From positions 62,001 through 126,000 of the IMG/VR virus record IMGVR_UViG_3300045973_000169: 64,000 nucleotides of DNA. The stretch is one strand, 5' to 3'. The notes beneath the pieces are model-generated. The model was not told the DNA's origin and ran no database searches. It was given only the letters and a program-made list of their open reading frames with translations. The position numbers and the translations under genes are program-made. Position 1 is the stretch's first letter. Each line of letters starts with the position of its first letter. Below, piece by piece: positions 38,401-49,321 of this stretch.

Positions 38401-40149
38401 AAATGATAATACTGAAAATACTGACGACTCTAATCCTATTACCATCACTGATTCAGTTGTGGATATTCAGGAAGTGGAAGAAGAAAAATTAAATGATGAC
38501 GTGGTTAGCAATTATGCTCCTGATTTATCTGATACTAACGATGTAGATGAAGAATATATGATCTCTGCTATAGAAGAAGGATTAGTAGAAAAGCCTACTG
38601 AAACTTGGTGGGAGCCATCATTAGTTGAGACTAAGAATCTTAATGGGATCATTGTTGAGTTTAATAATAAGACTGCTTATCTTGGGCTAGAAGATGCTGC
38701 AAGATTAAATGAATTACTTGTCCATATGAATACTAATGGATTAAAAATTGTTGATATTGTATGCGGGTAACAATCCCTAAAGGACATGAATTGTTTGTTG
38801 TCTTCTGGTATAATAAGAGTACATCTTACCAGTTTGTTCCTATTGAAGATTTCCCTAAACTTGAATCACGACTTCCAGTTGGATGTAGATTCCATGTTCT
38901 AAGTGAATCATATGATAAATTAAGGTGGAGTCCTTGTAAGTTGAATAGTAATTCTGAACAAGAGATTAAACTACATAGGCATAAATATTCTCTTACTAAT
39001 GAATCAATTCTTACTAATGTTGAATATGGGATAGAAAAGAAATCTTCTGATTTTGGTAAATTCTTTTGGAGAATTACTAATAGAAAAAACTTTATTAAGA
39101 ATATTGCTATTAGTTGTTTGGCACTAGGATATAATGTTAAAGTTACACAGAAGCAATTATATGTGAATGAATTCAAAATTAGTAGGGCTTTTGTAAGAGA
39201 TTTTATTAATGATATTAAAAGTTATATAATTTATAATAATCTATTCCCTTATGACTATATGTTATTTGAGAAAATGCTAAGTAATAAAATACTTACTACT
39301 TTAATTATCAGTAAGCAACTTGATTTAAATGATCTTGCAAAAGATGGGATTCTAGAAGTTCCTGTATTGTTAAATAAACTATTATTTTTCTTATATGGTA
39401 AGACATATAAGATTCAAAGTTTTGCTGATAATAATGGGAAGAAAGAAAGATGGGGCCTTGATCATCTTATTAAGTTAGCCCCAAGACGACAAAAGAAAAA
39501 GATTATGTATGCTGGTGTTGGTTATGATTTTTGTTCATTCAAAGGTACTCCTATACTATTTGTAAATGGGATTACAATAACATATCATCGACGGAGTAAA
39601 GGAATTAATAATGGTGAAAACAAAATTAGCAATAGTATCAGTCCCTGATAAGAATAAACACTTTGTTGTTCAGAGTACTGAAGAAGAAAGATGGATTATG
39701 GTTGGGGCAATTAGTATATCTGGTTCTATTGTTGGGATTGGTAGTACATATGAAGAAGCAGTTAAAGTTCTTGATAACTTAAAGGATTAAAAATGAAAAG
39801 ATATATGGTAGTAAAAGAAGTTAAACTTATCGCAGTAGATCAATATATGCTTAGAGATAATCTCTATGCTCTGACACATGCAATATCAACAGAGAATTTA
39901 TCCTGGTCTATAAGGAAAGTAGCAGAAGAAAAAGTAAGACAAATAATTTTAAATTTAAGGACATACTAAAATGGCAAAAAATAAAACTGAATTAACTCCA
40001 AAAGATATTCTTATTGTATTAAGTGAAGTTGGAGCTGTTGTTAACAATAATGCTTTAAGCACATACTTCTCTAAAAAAGGTGTTGTTATTAGCGCCAATT
40101 CAATTAGAGCTATTAAATCACATATCACGAGAAATGCATAAGGATTAAT

Positions 40150-40422
40150 ATGATAGGGATTTTAGCAACTATACTAACAATTGGATCTATATTACCCCAA
40201 ATAAAAAAGACATGGGAATCAAAATCAGTTGATGATTTATCTCTATGGCAAATGGTAATCCTTACAATAGGAATATTGTTTTGGTTACTATATGGTATTC
40301 AGATTCATGATACTGTTGTTATAGTTGCTAACTCTATTAGCTTATTGCTTCAGTTATTTATGATTGGAATGAAACAAATATATGGAAGTAAGGAATACAA
40401 ATGTCTAAAACACTTAAGATGA
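40150..40422 (+). CDS. SemiSWEET / PQ-loop small transporter
   Basis: LPQIKK..SKSV.DLS, WLLYG, VIVAN; 3 TM. Confidence 0.85.
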   Translation: MIGILATILTIGSILPQIKKTWESKSVDDLSLWQMVILTIGILFWLLYGIQIHDTVVIVANSISLLLQLFMIGMKQIYGSKEYKCLKHLR

Positions 40423-40492
40423 TTAACCTATACGACTCGGTATGCAATAACAAGTTAATAACATATATCTGAATTAAGTTGAGGTAAATGTT

Positions 40493-41032
40493 ATGAAAAT
40501 TTGTGGGAAATGTAAAGAAGAGAAAGATAGTTGTGAGTTTGCTAGTAATGTGTCAGCCAAAGATAAGCTTTCTAATTGGTGTAAAAAATGCATAAAAGAT
40601 AATGTGAAAAGAATTAAATTAGAAAAAGAAAAAGGGATTTATATACCAAAGGTTAGAAAGCCAAGACTAACAGAAGAAGATAGAATTAAAAGAAATGAAG
40701 AATTAAAAAGATATCATAGTAACTATAGATTAGATAATTTTGAACGTATACAAAAAGTTAAAAAAGAATATAGAGATAATATAAAAATAGAAGGAATTAT
40801 TGCTTATGGCGGGAAATGTTCTTGCTGTGGAGAGTCTGCCTATGAATTTTTAACTATTGAACATTTAAAAGGAAGAGACCCAAACGAGAAGAGACTCACT
40901 GGAAAGAAAATGTGGGCTAAGGCAAAAGCTGAAAATTACCCTGATAAATATACTGTTCTTTGTTTTAATTGTAATTGTGCTAAAGGAGCATTTGGAATAT
41001 GTCCACACCAGAATATAGTAACAAAAAATTAA
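40493..41032 (+). CDS. HNH-type homing endonuclease
   Basis: YGGKCSCCGE...LTIEH...LCFNCNCAKG. Confidence 0.85.
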   Translation: MKICGKCKEEKDSCEFASNVSAKDKLSNWCKKCIKDNVKRIKLEKEKGIYIPKVRKPRLTEEDRIKRNEELKRYHSNYRLDNFERIQKVKKEYRDNIKIEGIIAYGGKCSCCGESAYEFLTIEHLKGRDPNEKRLTGKKMWAKAKAENYPDKYTVLCFNCNCAKGAFGICPHQNIVTKN

Positions 41033-41541
41033 AGATCGTAAATTTATTTGCGGGGCCAGGCGCTGGCAAATCTACAACTGCTGCTGGTCTATTCTACCTT
41101 ATGAAAATTGAAGGGTTTAGTGTTGAACTAATTACTGAATATGCTAAAGAAAAAGTTTATGAAGGGCATTTTGGAACCTTATCAGACCAAATTTATATAT
41201 TTGGGAAACAACAAAGACGTGCGAAGAAGCTAATTGGTCATGTAGAATATGCTATAACCGATAGTCCACTTATGCTGTCTACCCTTTACAACAAAGACCT
41301 TAGTGACTCTTTTGAAGACCTAGTTTATGAAACATATAGTTCATATGAAAATATTAACTTCTTTATTAATAGATGTAAGCCTTATGTTAAAATAGGGAGA
41401 GAACAAGATGAATCAGAAGCTATTGCATTAGATAATAAACTAATTAGGCTACTATCTAATTGGGCTATTGACTATGAGAAGATAGATGGTTTATCTACAG
41501 CACCACAAACAATACTTGACCATATTAAAGGGATTAGATAA
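40999..41541 (+). CDS. P-loop nucleoside/nucleotide kinase-like (NadR/AAA-type) protein
   Basis: NLFAGPGAGKST, TEYAKE, ITDSP, GR.Q. Confidence 0.8.
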   Translation: MSTPEYSNKKLKIVNLFAGPGAGKSTTAAGLFYLMKIEGFSVELITEYAKEKVYEGHFGTLSDQIYIFGKQQRRAKKLIGHVEYAITDSPLMLSTLYNKDLSDSFEDLVYETYSSYENINFFINRCKPYVKIGREQDESEAIALDNKLIRLLSNWAIDYEKIDGLSTAPQTILDHIKGIR

Positions 41542-41932
41542 TGATTAAATTTTTAGCTAGATTTTTTAGCAATATATTAACAAGCAAATGGTTCTTCCCT
41601 TGCTTACAACTTTTGGCTCTTTTAATTGGAGCATTAGGGATTTAATGTGAGAATTGAAAGATGTAATGTATGTAATAGATGGATGGAAATAGATGAGAAT
41701 AATGAACTGTTTTGTCCATATTGTCTTGATGAGACTGATATTTGGAATACACTATAGAGGGAATAATGTTAGATAAATTAAAGAAAATTAAAAGTGATAT
41801 TGAGAAATTGATATTAAAAATGGACTCAGAAGGGATCTATGGACCTATTGGGTTCCTTGAAAGTTGCCTTGATGAGATTGAAATGGCAGTAGAAGAAGTT
41901 AATCTATTCTTTGCTGATGAGGAAGCAGAGTA

Positions 41933-42721
41933 ATGAAAGTTAAGTTAATTCATGCTACTCCATTAGATATCTTAGTTCAGGCTATCCGTAAATGCTATGA
42001 TAGTGGAAGTAAAAGTGATTCTGGATACTTTGAAAAGAATGAACAACTATTAGTTAATGAGAAGTATAAGTATAGATTAGGCGAGAAAGATGAAGCTCTC
42101 ATTAAGAGAGTAATTGAAGCTGGACATACATCTACTCTTGAACATATTAATTTTACATTTGACCTAGGTGGATACAGCAGAGCTTTATTGCAAGAGAAAT
42201 CACGTCATCGTCATGCTGCTGTAAGTGAACGTTCAACTAGATATTGTTTAAAGAAGCTCAAGGATATTAAGTCTTTAGTTACTGTACAAAGATTTCCATC
42301 TGGACAAGAAATCTTTATGTGTAATAAGCAAGAAGCTGCAAAGTATCTTGTTCTTACTGGAGATGAGGATGTAGACAATCTTTCTATTGAGGCTCTTGAT
42401 AGACTAAGACAATTGCTTGTTCGTAAACCTGAGCTTCGTAATGATGTAGCTAAATATCCTATTCCTGATTCATTGAGAACAGAATGTATCTTTACTATTA
42501 ATGCTAGGAGTCTAAGGAATTTATTTAGTCTTAGGATCAGTAAACAGGCTTTATGGGAATTCCAAAAGTTATGTTGCTATATGTATGAATCAATCCCTTT
42601 CCCATATAAATTTCTAGTTGATGATTTAGTTAATAAAGAGATATATGAATTCTGGATGGGTAGTGACAAACCAGCAGATGGTGGTCATGCTAACTTGTTT
42701 GAGAGGTATTATAGAGTATGA
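41933..42721 (+). CDS. thyX: flavin-dependent thymidylate synthase
   Basis: GHTSTLEH, SRALLQE.SRHR...SERSTRY, NARSLRN..SLR....A.WE. Confidence 0.93.
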   Translation: MKVKLIHATPLDILVQAIRKCYDSGSKSDSGYFEKNEQLLVNEKYKYRLGEKDEALIKRVIEAGHTSTLEHINFTFDLGGYSRALLQEKSRHRHAAVSERSTRYCLKKLKDIKSLVTVQRFPSGQEIFMCNKQEAAKYLVLTGDEDVDNLSIEALDRLRQLLVRKPELRNDVAKYPIPDSLRTECIFTINARSLRNLFSLRISKQALWEFQKLCCYMYESIPFPYKFLVDDLVNKEIYEFWMGSDKPADGGHANLFERYYRV

Positions 42722-43890
42722 GTACTTGTGTCCCGCTTCATGTTCATTCTGAAGGTTCAGTAAGAGATAGCATTAATAAAATATCAAATTATGTACAAAA
42801 ATGTGTTGAACTAAAATATACTGCTGCTAGTATTTCAGATCATGGATTCATGGGATATAATTATAAGTTCTATAAAGAATGTAAAAAGTATAATATAAAA
42901 CCTATTCTTGGACAAGAATTCTATTATACCCATGATAGAGCTGATAAGGGGTTAAATTATCATTTAGTCTTATACGCCATGAATGAGAAAGGGTATCAGA
43001 ACCTATGTAAATTAAGTTCTGACGCGTTTATTAATGGATTCTATAGGAAGGCTAGGACAGATAAAACAATCCTTGCAGAGTACTCTGAAGGCTTAATTTG
43101 CACTCCTGCTTGCTGCTTTGGTATGGCACAACAATATATTGTAAATGGTGAGATGGATAATGCAATCCAAGAAGTAAAAGATTTACAATCTATCTTTAAA
43201 GAGAATTTCTATCTTGAGATTCATGATCATGGGATTGAAGATGAAATTAAAATTAAGGATGAGTTTCGTAATATAGGGAATGACTTAAATATTAAAGTAG
43301 TCCCTGGAATTGATGTCCATTATACTAATAAAGAAGATCAGAAGATTCATGGTATCTTTAAGAATATTGCTTATGCTTCTGGAGGAGAAAAGGATAGTTC
43401 CTTTAATGGGACTGATTTCCATGTTCTATCTCCTGAAGAGATGGCAGTTAAATTTACTAAAGAAGAATTAGATAATACTCTTGAAATAGCAGATAAGTGT
43501 AATGTAGATTTTAAATTTACTGGTTACTTCTTACCTACATATGATATTCCTGAAAAAGAGTTTGATACATATGAATATCTTAGAACTATATGCTTCAGAG
43601 AACTTAAAAAGAAAGGTTTAGATTCTAACCCTCTATATGTAGAGAGATTAGAGTTTGAACTTAATATGCTCCATCTGGCTGACTTAGAGAACTATCTTCT
43701 TATAGTGTCTGACTATTGTAATTGGGCTAAGAATAATGATGTCCCTGTTGGACCTGGACGAGGATCTATGGGTGGTTCTATTGTAAGTTGGTTAACCAAT
43801 ATTACAGGAGTTGATCCTTTGAAATATGACTTACTTTTTGCAAGAGCTATCAACCCAGGTAGAAGTTTACAATTTGATTTTGGAGTCTAA
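42718..43890 (+). CDS. dnaE: DNA polymerase III alpha, N-terminal piece (PHP + start of palm)
   Basis: LHVHS..S..D, SDHG, KPILGQE, HL, DVHY, GPGRGS, ITGVDPLKYDLLFARAINPGR, then stop. Confidence 0.9.
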   Translation: MSTCVPLHVHSEGSVRDSINKISNYVQKCVELKYTAASISDHGFMGYNYKFYKECKKYNIKPILGQEFYYTHDRADKGLNYHLVLYAMNEKGYQNLCKLSSDAFINGFYRKARTDKTILAEYSEGLICTPACCFGMAQQYIVNGEMDNAIQEVKDLQSIFKENFYLEIHDHGIEDEIKIKDEFRNIGNDLNIKVVPGIDVHYTNKEDQKIHGIFKNIAYASGGEKDSSFNGTDFHVLSPEEMAVKFTKEELDNTLEIADKCNVDFKFTGYFLPTYDIPEKEFDTYEYLRTICFRELKKKGLDSNPLYVERLEFELNMLHLADLENYLLIVSDYCNWAKNNDVPVGPGRGSMGGSIVSWLTNITGVDPLKYDLLFARAINPGRSLQFDFGV

Positions 43891-44593
43891 TTATGTCTAA
43901 TAATCATAAATATTATGGTTGGTCTGGAAACGTTAGTTATAGAACAAATGTAATTAAAGCAACAAAAGAATGTGTATGTAATATTTGTAATACTACTATA
44001 AGAGAAGATGATCCAATGATTAAGTCTAATTTGTGGGTTAAATTCATGCCAACTTATCAAAAGAGTATTAAATCTTGTATTAAATGTGCTTCTGATCCCG
44101 TGGGCTTTATTTTTACTATAACTACTTTAATGAGAGAATTTATGGAAAAAGATAATATCCCAGATAAAAAACCGAAAAAGGTAAATAAAAATGGTAACAA
44201 TTAAAGATTTTACTAACCAAGAGTTAATTAATGCAATAGCAAAATGGTTAAACGAAGAATCTATATTAGAAGATAATAAATTTATTTCTTTTATATACAA
44301 TGATATTGCAGATAGACTTAAGTCTAATGAATGGTTAGAAAATATAAATGATAAATTAAAAAAGGAAAATAAATAATGGCAAGTCAAAAATATTGTAAGG
44401 TACAAGTAACGCTAGGAATTGGAAATCGTAAATCACAGGTAACTGATCCCATTGAAGTAGATGATGCAGTAAATACATTTGATGGAGAACTTAACACTCT
44501 GTTGCTCAATGTAGAAGATGCAATTAAAGCTCTCCCATGTAGTGATGGTAATTATACAAAAGTAAATATTGTAGATGCATTATGTACACTATA

Positions 44594-45295
44594 TGGTCTA
44601 CAAAGGGTTCCAGCATAATGAAAGATAATTACACTCATATACATTTTGTATTAGACCGTTCTGGTTCTATGGAGTCTGTTTGGAATGATACAATCGGTGG
44701 ATTTAATACATTTCTAAAGACACAAAAAGAAGCTGTTGGAGAAGCTACATTCTCATTAATTCAATTTGACCATGAAGTTATTACTGACTATTCATTTATC
44801 AATATCCAAGAGGTAAAAGAACTTGATAGAGAATCATTTGTTCCTCGTGGAATGACTGCTATGAATGATGCTATTGGGGTTGCTATTAATGATTGTGGTA
44901 AAGCTCTTGCTCTATTAGATGAGAGTGAAAGACCTGATAAAGTTATTTTTGTTATCTTAACTGATGGCGGAGAGAATGCTTCTAAAACATTTAGCCGTAG
45001 TAAAATTAAAGAAATGATTGAACATCAGAATCTTGTTTACAGTTGGGCTTTTATGTTCTTAGGTGCTAATATTGATGCATCTAAAGTTGGAGCTACACTT
45101 GGTGTTGATGCTGATTTTACTTCAGGGTTTGAAGCGAGTACTCGTGGTGTTTCCAATACATTTGGAACATTAGGGAATAAACTAGGAAATATGCGTAGTT
45201 CTGCTGGTCCATTATATTGTATGGGCGTAAAGTCTCCTATTGCTAAAGCTTCTTCTTATACTGTTGCTGAACGTGAAGAGATGAATCAAAAATGA
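44594..45295 (+). CDS. vWA-domain protein
   Basis: VLDRSGSM, G.TA..DA, ILTDG.ENAS MIDAS motifs. Confidence 0.85.
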   Translation, partial: WSTKGSSIMKDNYTHIHFVLDRSGSMESVWNDTIGGFNTFLKTQKEAVGEATFSLIQFDHEVITDYSFINIQEVKELDRESFVPRGMTAMNDAIGVAINDCGKALALLDESERPDKVIFVILTDGGENASKTFSRSKIKEMIEHQNLVYSWAFMFLGANIDASKVGATLGVDADFTSGFEASTRGVSNTFGTLGNKLGNMRSSAGPLYCMGVKSPIAKASSYTVAEREEMNQK

Positions 45296-45538
45296 TTAAA
45301 TGTCTAGACTGTGACTGGATGGAAATTAATTCTGGTTATCATGGATGCTATCATAATTGTACTCATGAATCATGTTTTGAAAATAGAGAATATGAAGGAT
45401 CTTGTTCTGAAAAAGCATTGAGTGGAGTAGACTCATTCTTTAGAGTAGTGCGTATAACTAACTTTGAAGTTAAGAATTGCAATCATGATTGTGTAGATTT
45501 TAAAAAGAAAAGATCAATATTAGATAGGATATTTTTAC

Positions 45539-47893
45539 GTGATTAAATACCATATAGATAGACCTATAGTTGAATATGTACAAGCTAATGAACGTTTTTT
45601 AGAATTAGATGATAATGAACATATTACACTATATAATGAAATTAAAAATGCTGTTCTTCAAGGAATAGACGATAAAATATTAAGTAAAGTATTTGATGAA
45701 GCTCCCTATATGAATGATAGCAGTATTAATTCCTATCTATTATGGGTACTCCATTTGACAAAAGATAAGCCTACTGGATTACAGAAGATTAAATCTCCTG
45801 GATCTTATTGTGATATCGACTTAGACTTCTCTCAAGAGAAGAGAGAAAAAGTATTTGATTATCTTGCTGAGAAATATGGCTCTACTAGAGTAAGTCATAT
45901 TGCTACATTTGGAACTATGGGAGCCAAGGCTGCTATCAGAAACTCTGCTAGGGCCTTGAGCTACCCAACTGAACTCCAGAATAAAGTAGCTAAATTTATA
46001 TCAGATGAACCTAAAGCAACTATTCAAGGGAGTATTGATGCTTCTAAAGAATTCCAAGATATGATTAAGAAATCTGAACAAGTTCAACATATTATATCTG
46101 TTGCAAAGAAGCTGGAAGGATTACCTAATTCACTTAGTGTCCATGCTTCTGCTGGTATTATATCTGATGTTGCAACTACTGATAGAGTTCCGATGATGGT
46201 ATCTGCTAAGAAGAATGATCCTATCACTGGGATTAGTGGATCTAAAGTTGTTTCTCAATTTGATATGAAAGATGTTGAAAATGCTGGTTTATTAAAATAT
46301 GATATTCTTGGTCTTAAGACTCTTGATATTATAAATGAAACAGTTAAGATAATTAAAAGGAATAAGGATATAGATATCGATATTGAATCGATTGATATGA
46401 ATGATCCTGGAATCTATAAACTTCTTAATGCTGGACATGTAACTATAGTATTCCAATTTGATGGAACTGCTGCTGCATATCTACCTAAGATTAAACCTCA
46501 AAATATAGATGAAATATCAGACTTAACTTCAATACTCCGTCCCGGACCGATGAGCATGGGAATGGTTGAGAGGTATGCTGAAGCTAAATTTGAGAATAAG
46601 AAATATGAATATGAATTGAAAGATCAAGCTCTTATTGCTAAAGTTTGGGAAATATGTTATCGTTCATATGGATTAATGATATACCAAGAACAAACAATTA
46701 AATGTTTTGTTGAGATAGCAGGATTCAATGAAATCGCTGCTGATAATGCTAGAAGAGCTATGGGTAAAAAGTTACCTGAAGAGATGGCTAAATTAGAAGG
46801 AGCGTTTGTTGAAGGTGGAATTAAAAAAGGCTATAACGAGAATGACCTTAAGACTTTATTTAAAGGGATCGCTGGATTTGCAGAATATGGGTTTAATGCA
46901 TCGCATGCAGTATGTTATTCTTTTATTACTTGTCAAACTGCTTGGTTATCCCATTATTATCCGTTAGAGTTCTTTACTGCTGCTATGACTATTGATGCAG
47001 GGAATACTGATGATATTAGACGTTATATCAAATCAGCTAAAGAAAGAAATATAATTCTTTCACCTCCTGATATTAATAAATCTGATAGTATGTTTACTAT
47101 TAAAGACGAATCTATTGTTTTTGGACTTAATGCTATTAAAGGTGTTGGTCCATCTACATCGAAAAAGATTATGGCTCGTAGACCTAAAAAAGGATATACT
47201 TCTCTTGGTCATTTTATTAGGCGTAATCTCGATTTGATTAATTCAAAGATACTTGAATCATATACGAAAGCTGGATGTTTTAAATCATTTGGTTATAATA
47301 AGCAATCTGTTTTAAATAGTATCCAGAATATATTGGATTTTATTAGTGTCTTGAAAGAGTATGATAAGTACAATACTTTCTTTGATCTTTGTAACATCTC
47401 ACTTGACAATTTTATAGATTCATGTATAATGAAAGATTCCCAAAAAGAAGACACATTATCTTATGAGATTGATTCTTTAGGTCTTTATATTAGTAAACAT
47501 CCTATGGATGTATATGATCTTAAAGGAATGAATGATCCTTCTTTTGTAGAATATTATGAGAATGAAGATGAATTTATCACTATAGGGTGTCTATCTGGAA
47601 TAGAAGTTAGAAAGACTAAAGCCAAACTAAATATGTGTAAGTTTAATATTGCATCTAGCATGTATAATCTTCCATGTATTATATTTCCTAAAGCATATTC
47701 TAAATATGTTAATGACCCTACTATCGCTGAAGGTAGAATGGTATGTGTCCAAGGAAGAATAAAAATTTCTGATACTGGTAGAGAATTAATTGTGAATGAT
47801 ATTCATGATAATATCGATAGGTATCTTGTTAGAAAAGTAATTAATAAAAATGAGTTTCCAATAAACTCCAAATTAACATTTATATTAGGATAA
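45539..47893 (+). CDS. dnaE: DNA polymerase III alpha, C-terminal piece (palm/fingers/HhH/OB)
   Basis: CDIDLDF, HAS.G, KYDILGL.TL, RPGP, IYQEQ, RRAMGKK, YGFNASHA, PDIN.S, GL..IKGVG, OB fold. Confidence 0.92.
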   Translation: MIKYHIDRPIVEYVQANERFLELDDNEHITLYNEIKNAVLQGIDDKILSKVFDEAPYMNDSSINSYLLWVLHLTKDKPTGLQKIKSPGSYCDIDLDFSQEKREKVFDYLAEKYGSTRVSHIATFGTMGAKAAIRNSARALSYPTELQNKVAKFISDEPKATIQGSIDASKEFQDMIKKSEQVQHIISVAKKLEGLPNSLSVHASAGIISDVATTDRVPMMVSAKKNDPITGISGSKVVSQFDMKDVENAGLLKYDILGLKTLDIINETVKIIKRNKDIDIDIESIDMNDPGIYKLLNAGHVTIVFQFDGTAAAYLPKIKPQNIDEISDLTSILRPGPMSMGMVERYAEAKFENKKYEYELKDQALIAKVWEICYRSYGLMIYQEQTIKCFVEIAGFNEIAADNARRAMGKKLPEEMAKLEGAFVEGGIKKGYNENDLKTLFKGIAGFAEYGFNASHAVCYSFITCQTAWLSHYYPLEFFTAAMTIDAGNTDDIRRYIKSAKERNIILSPPDINKSDSMFTIKDESIVFGLNAIKGVGPSTSKKIMARRPKKGYTSLGHFIRRNLDLINSKILESYTKAGCFKSFGYNKQSVLNSIQNILDFISVLKEYDKYNTFFDLCNISLDNFIDSCIMKDSQKEDTLSYEIDSLGLYISKHPMDVYDLKGMNDPSFVEYYENEDEFITIGCLSGIEVRKTKAKLNMCKFNIASSMYNLPCIIFPKAYSKYVNDPTIAEGRMVCVQGRIKISDTGRELIVNDIHDNIDRYLVRKVINKNEFPINSKLTFILG

Positions 47894-48123
47894 ACAATGT
47901 CATATAATCTTGCACGTAGAGTATTAAGAGCAGAAAAGAAAGAATTTGTAACATCTTGGAAAAAGAAAAATAAAGTTAGTGATCAAAGCATAGCTAAATA
48001 TATCTCGAATAAAAATAAGAAAATGAGTCTTGAAAATCAATATGAAGCGATTCTTGAGATTACATTTAATGCCTTGCAGAAGCAGGCAGAAGCAGCTAAA
48101 ACTCCTAGTGAAGAGGTAATTTA

Positions 48124-49242
48124 ATGGCTCCAAAAAAAGAGAAAGCAACTGTAAAAACATCTGGATTAACTTACGAAGAAGCAGTCAAGGTTGTTAAAGC
48201 AGCAAAAGGGTCACAAAGTATTATTGGATCTGAAATCCCTGAGTATTGTTCTGTTAGGAAAATTAGGACTGGTATCCCAACCCTAGATTATGAATTAGGT
48301 GGTGGTATCAGTGAAGGTCGTATTACTATTATGGGTGGTAAACCTAGTTCTGCTAAGACTACCACTACCCTACAAGGTCCGGTTTCAGCTCTTATTAATG
48401 AGATCAAAGCTAGTGGCGAAACAAAATTTGGACTTATTGTAGATTCAGAAGGCGGATATGATTCTCCTTATGCTAGAGCATTAGGTGTAGATGAAAAGTA
48501 TCTTATTATTAAACGTAAGAAAGTTATTGAAGATGCATTCCAAGAGATAGATGATCTGATTTCTATGGGACTTATTAAGTTTCTTGTTATAGATTCATTG
48601 GATACAATGGTTTCGAAGAAAGGTGATGATAATAAGTATGCTGCTACAATGGGTGGTACTGCTGGAGCTTTGGCTCAACATCTCCCTGTTTTATATGAAA
48701 AGATTATGGAATGGAATGTTACAACAATTATTATTAAACAAGCTCGTGTTAAGATTGGTGGTTTTAATCCAACTGGGAATGAGATAATTCAACTATCTGG
48801 TGGTTATGCACTAAAGCATCTAGCTGATAGTATTTTCATTGTAAACAGATTATCTAACAAGAATCTATCTTATACTCCTATCCAATTAAAAGCAGTTAAG
48901 ACTAGAAGCTCTAGACTTGGACTTATTATGGATATGCCTTTAGGCTCATGTGGGATTGATGTTGTTCATGATGCTATTGCTCTTGCTATTGGACATGGAT
49001 TGATTACTACGGGTGGCGGTGGTTGGACTCAGTTAGATGATGACCAAGGAAAGATCCTAGTCAGAGAACAAGGACTTGATAAATTTGTTGCTAAGATTAA
49101 AGATAGTGCTACATTAACCCAATCACTTATAGATAGTGTTTATCTTAATATTATTGATACTGCACTTGTTGGTAGGAATACTACTGAAGGTGGAGATCTT
49201 ATTTCCGATATTGAAAATGAGAAAGAAAAAGTAGAAGAATAA
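48124..49242 (+). CDS. recA: RecA/UvsX-like recombinase
   Basis: TG...LD..LGGG...GR, Walker A GKPSSAKTT, DSE, VIDS, Q.R..IG, SGG.AL.H. Confidence 0.85.
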   Translation: MAPKKEKATVKTSGLTYEEAVKVVKAAKGSQSIIGSEIPEYCSVRKIRTGIPTLDYELGGGISEGRITIMGGKPSSAKTTTTLQGPVSALINEIKASGETKFGLIVDSEGGYDSPYARALGVDEKYLIIKRKKVIEDAFQEIDDLISMGLIKFLVIDSLDTMVSKKGDDNKYAATMGGTAGALAQHLPVLYEKIMEWNVTTIIIKQARVKIGGFNPTGNEIIQLSGGYALKHLADSIFIVNRLSNKNLSYTPIQLKAVKTRSSRLGLIMDMPLGSCGIDVVHDAIALAIGHGLITTGGGGWTQLDDDQGKILVREQGLDKFVAKIKDSATLTQSLIDSVYLNIIDTALVGRNTTEGGDLISDIENEKEKVEE

Positions 49243-49321
49243 TGGCTATCGCAAAGCAATATGCAACACGTAATAAAAATTAGTTATTAACATATGTAAT
49301 TAACTATTTATGGAGTTACAT

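Larger units (their letters stand above)
5858..49292 (+). promoter_or_regulatory. dispersed GTTATTAACA motif (putative phage late promoter) at 5858, 14390, 19125, 20189, 23815, 24443, 26560, 28417, 30094, 40454 (GTTAATAACA), 49283
   Basis: 10-mer 25-34 nt upstream of 10 of 11 endonuclease starts and 42 nt upstream of the tRNA-array leader ORF. Confidence 0.7.

Noticed and set aside
43860-45800. Split intein in DnaE
   Set aside because: No intein block A (C-L/F) after piece 1 and no HN-C/S/T before the DIDLDF of piece 2.
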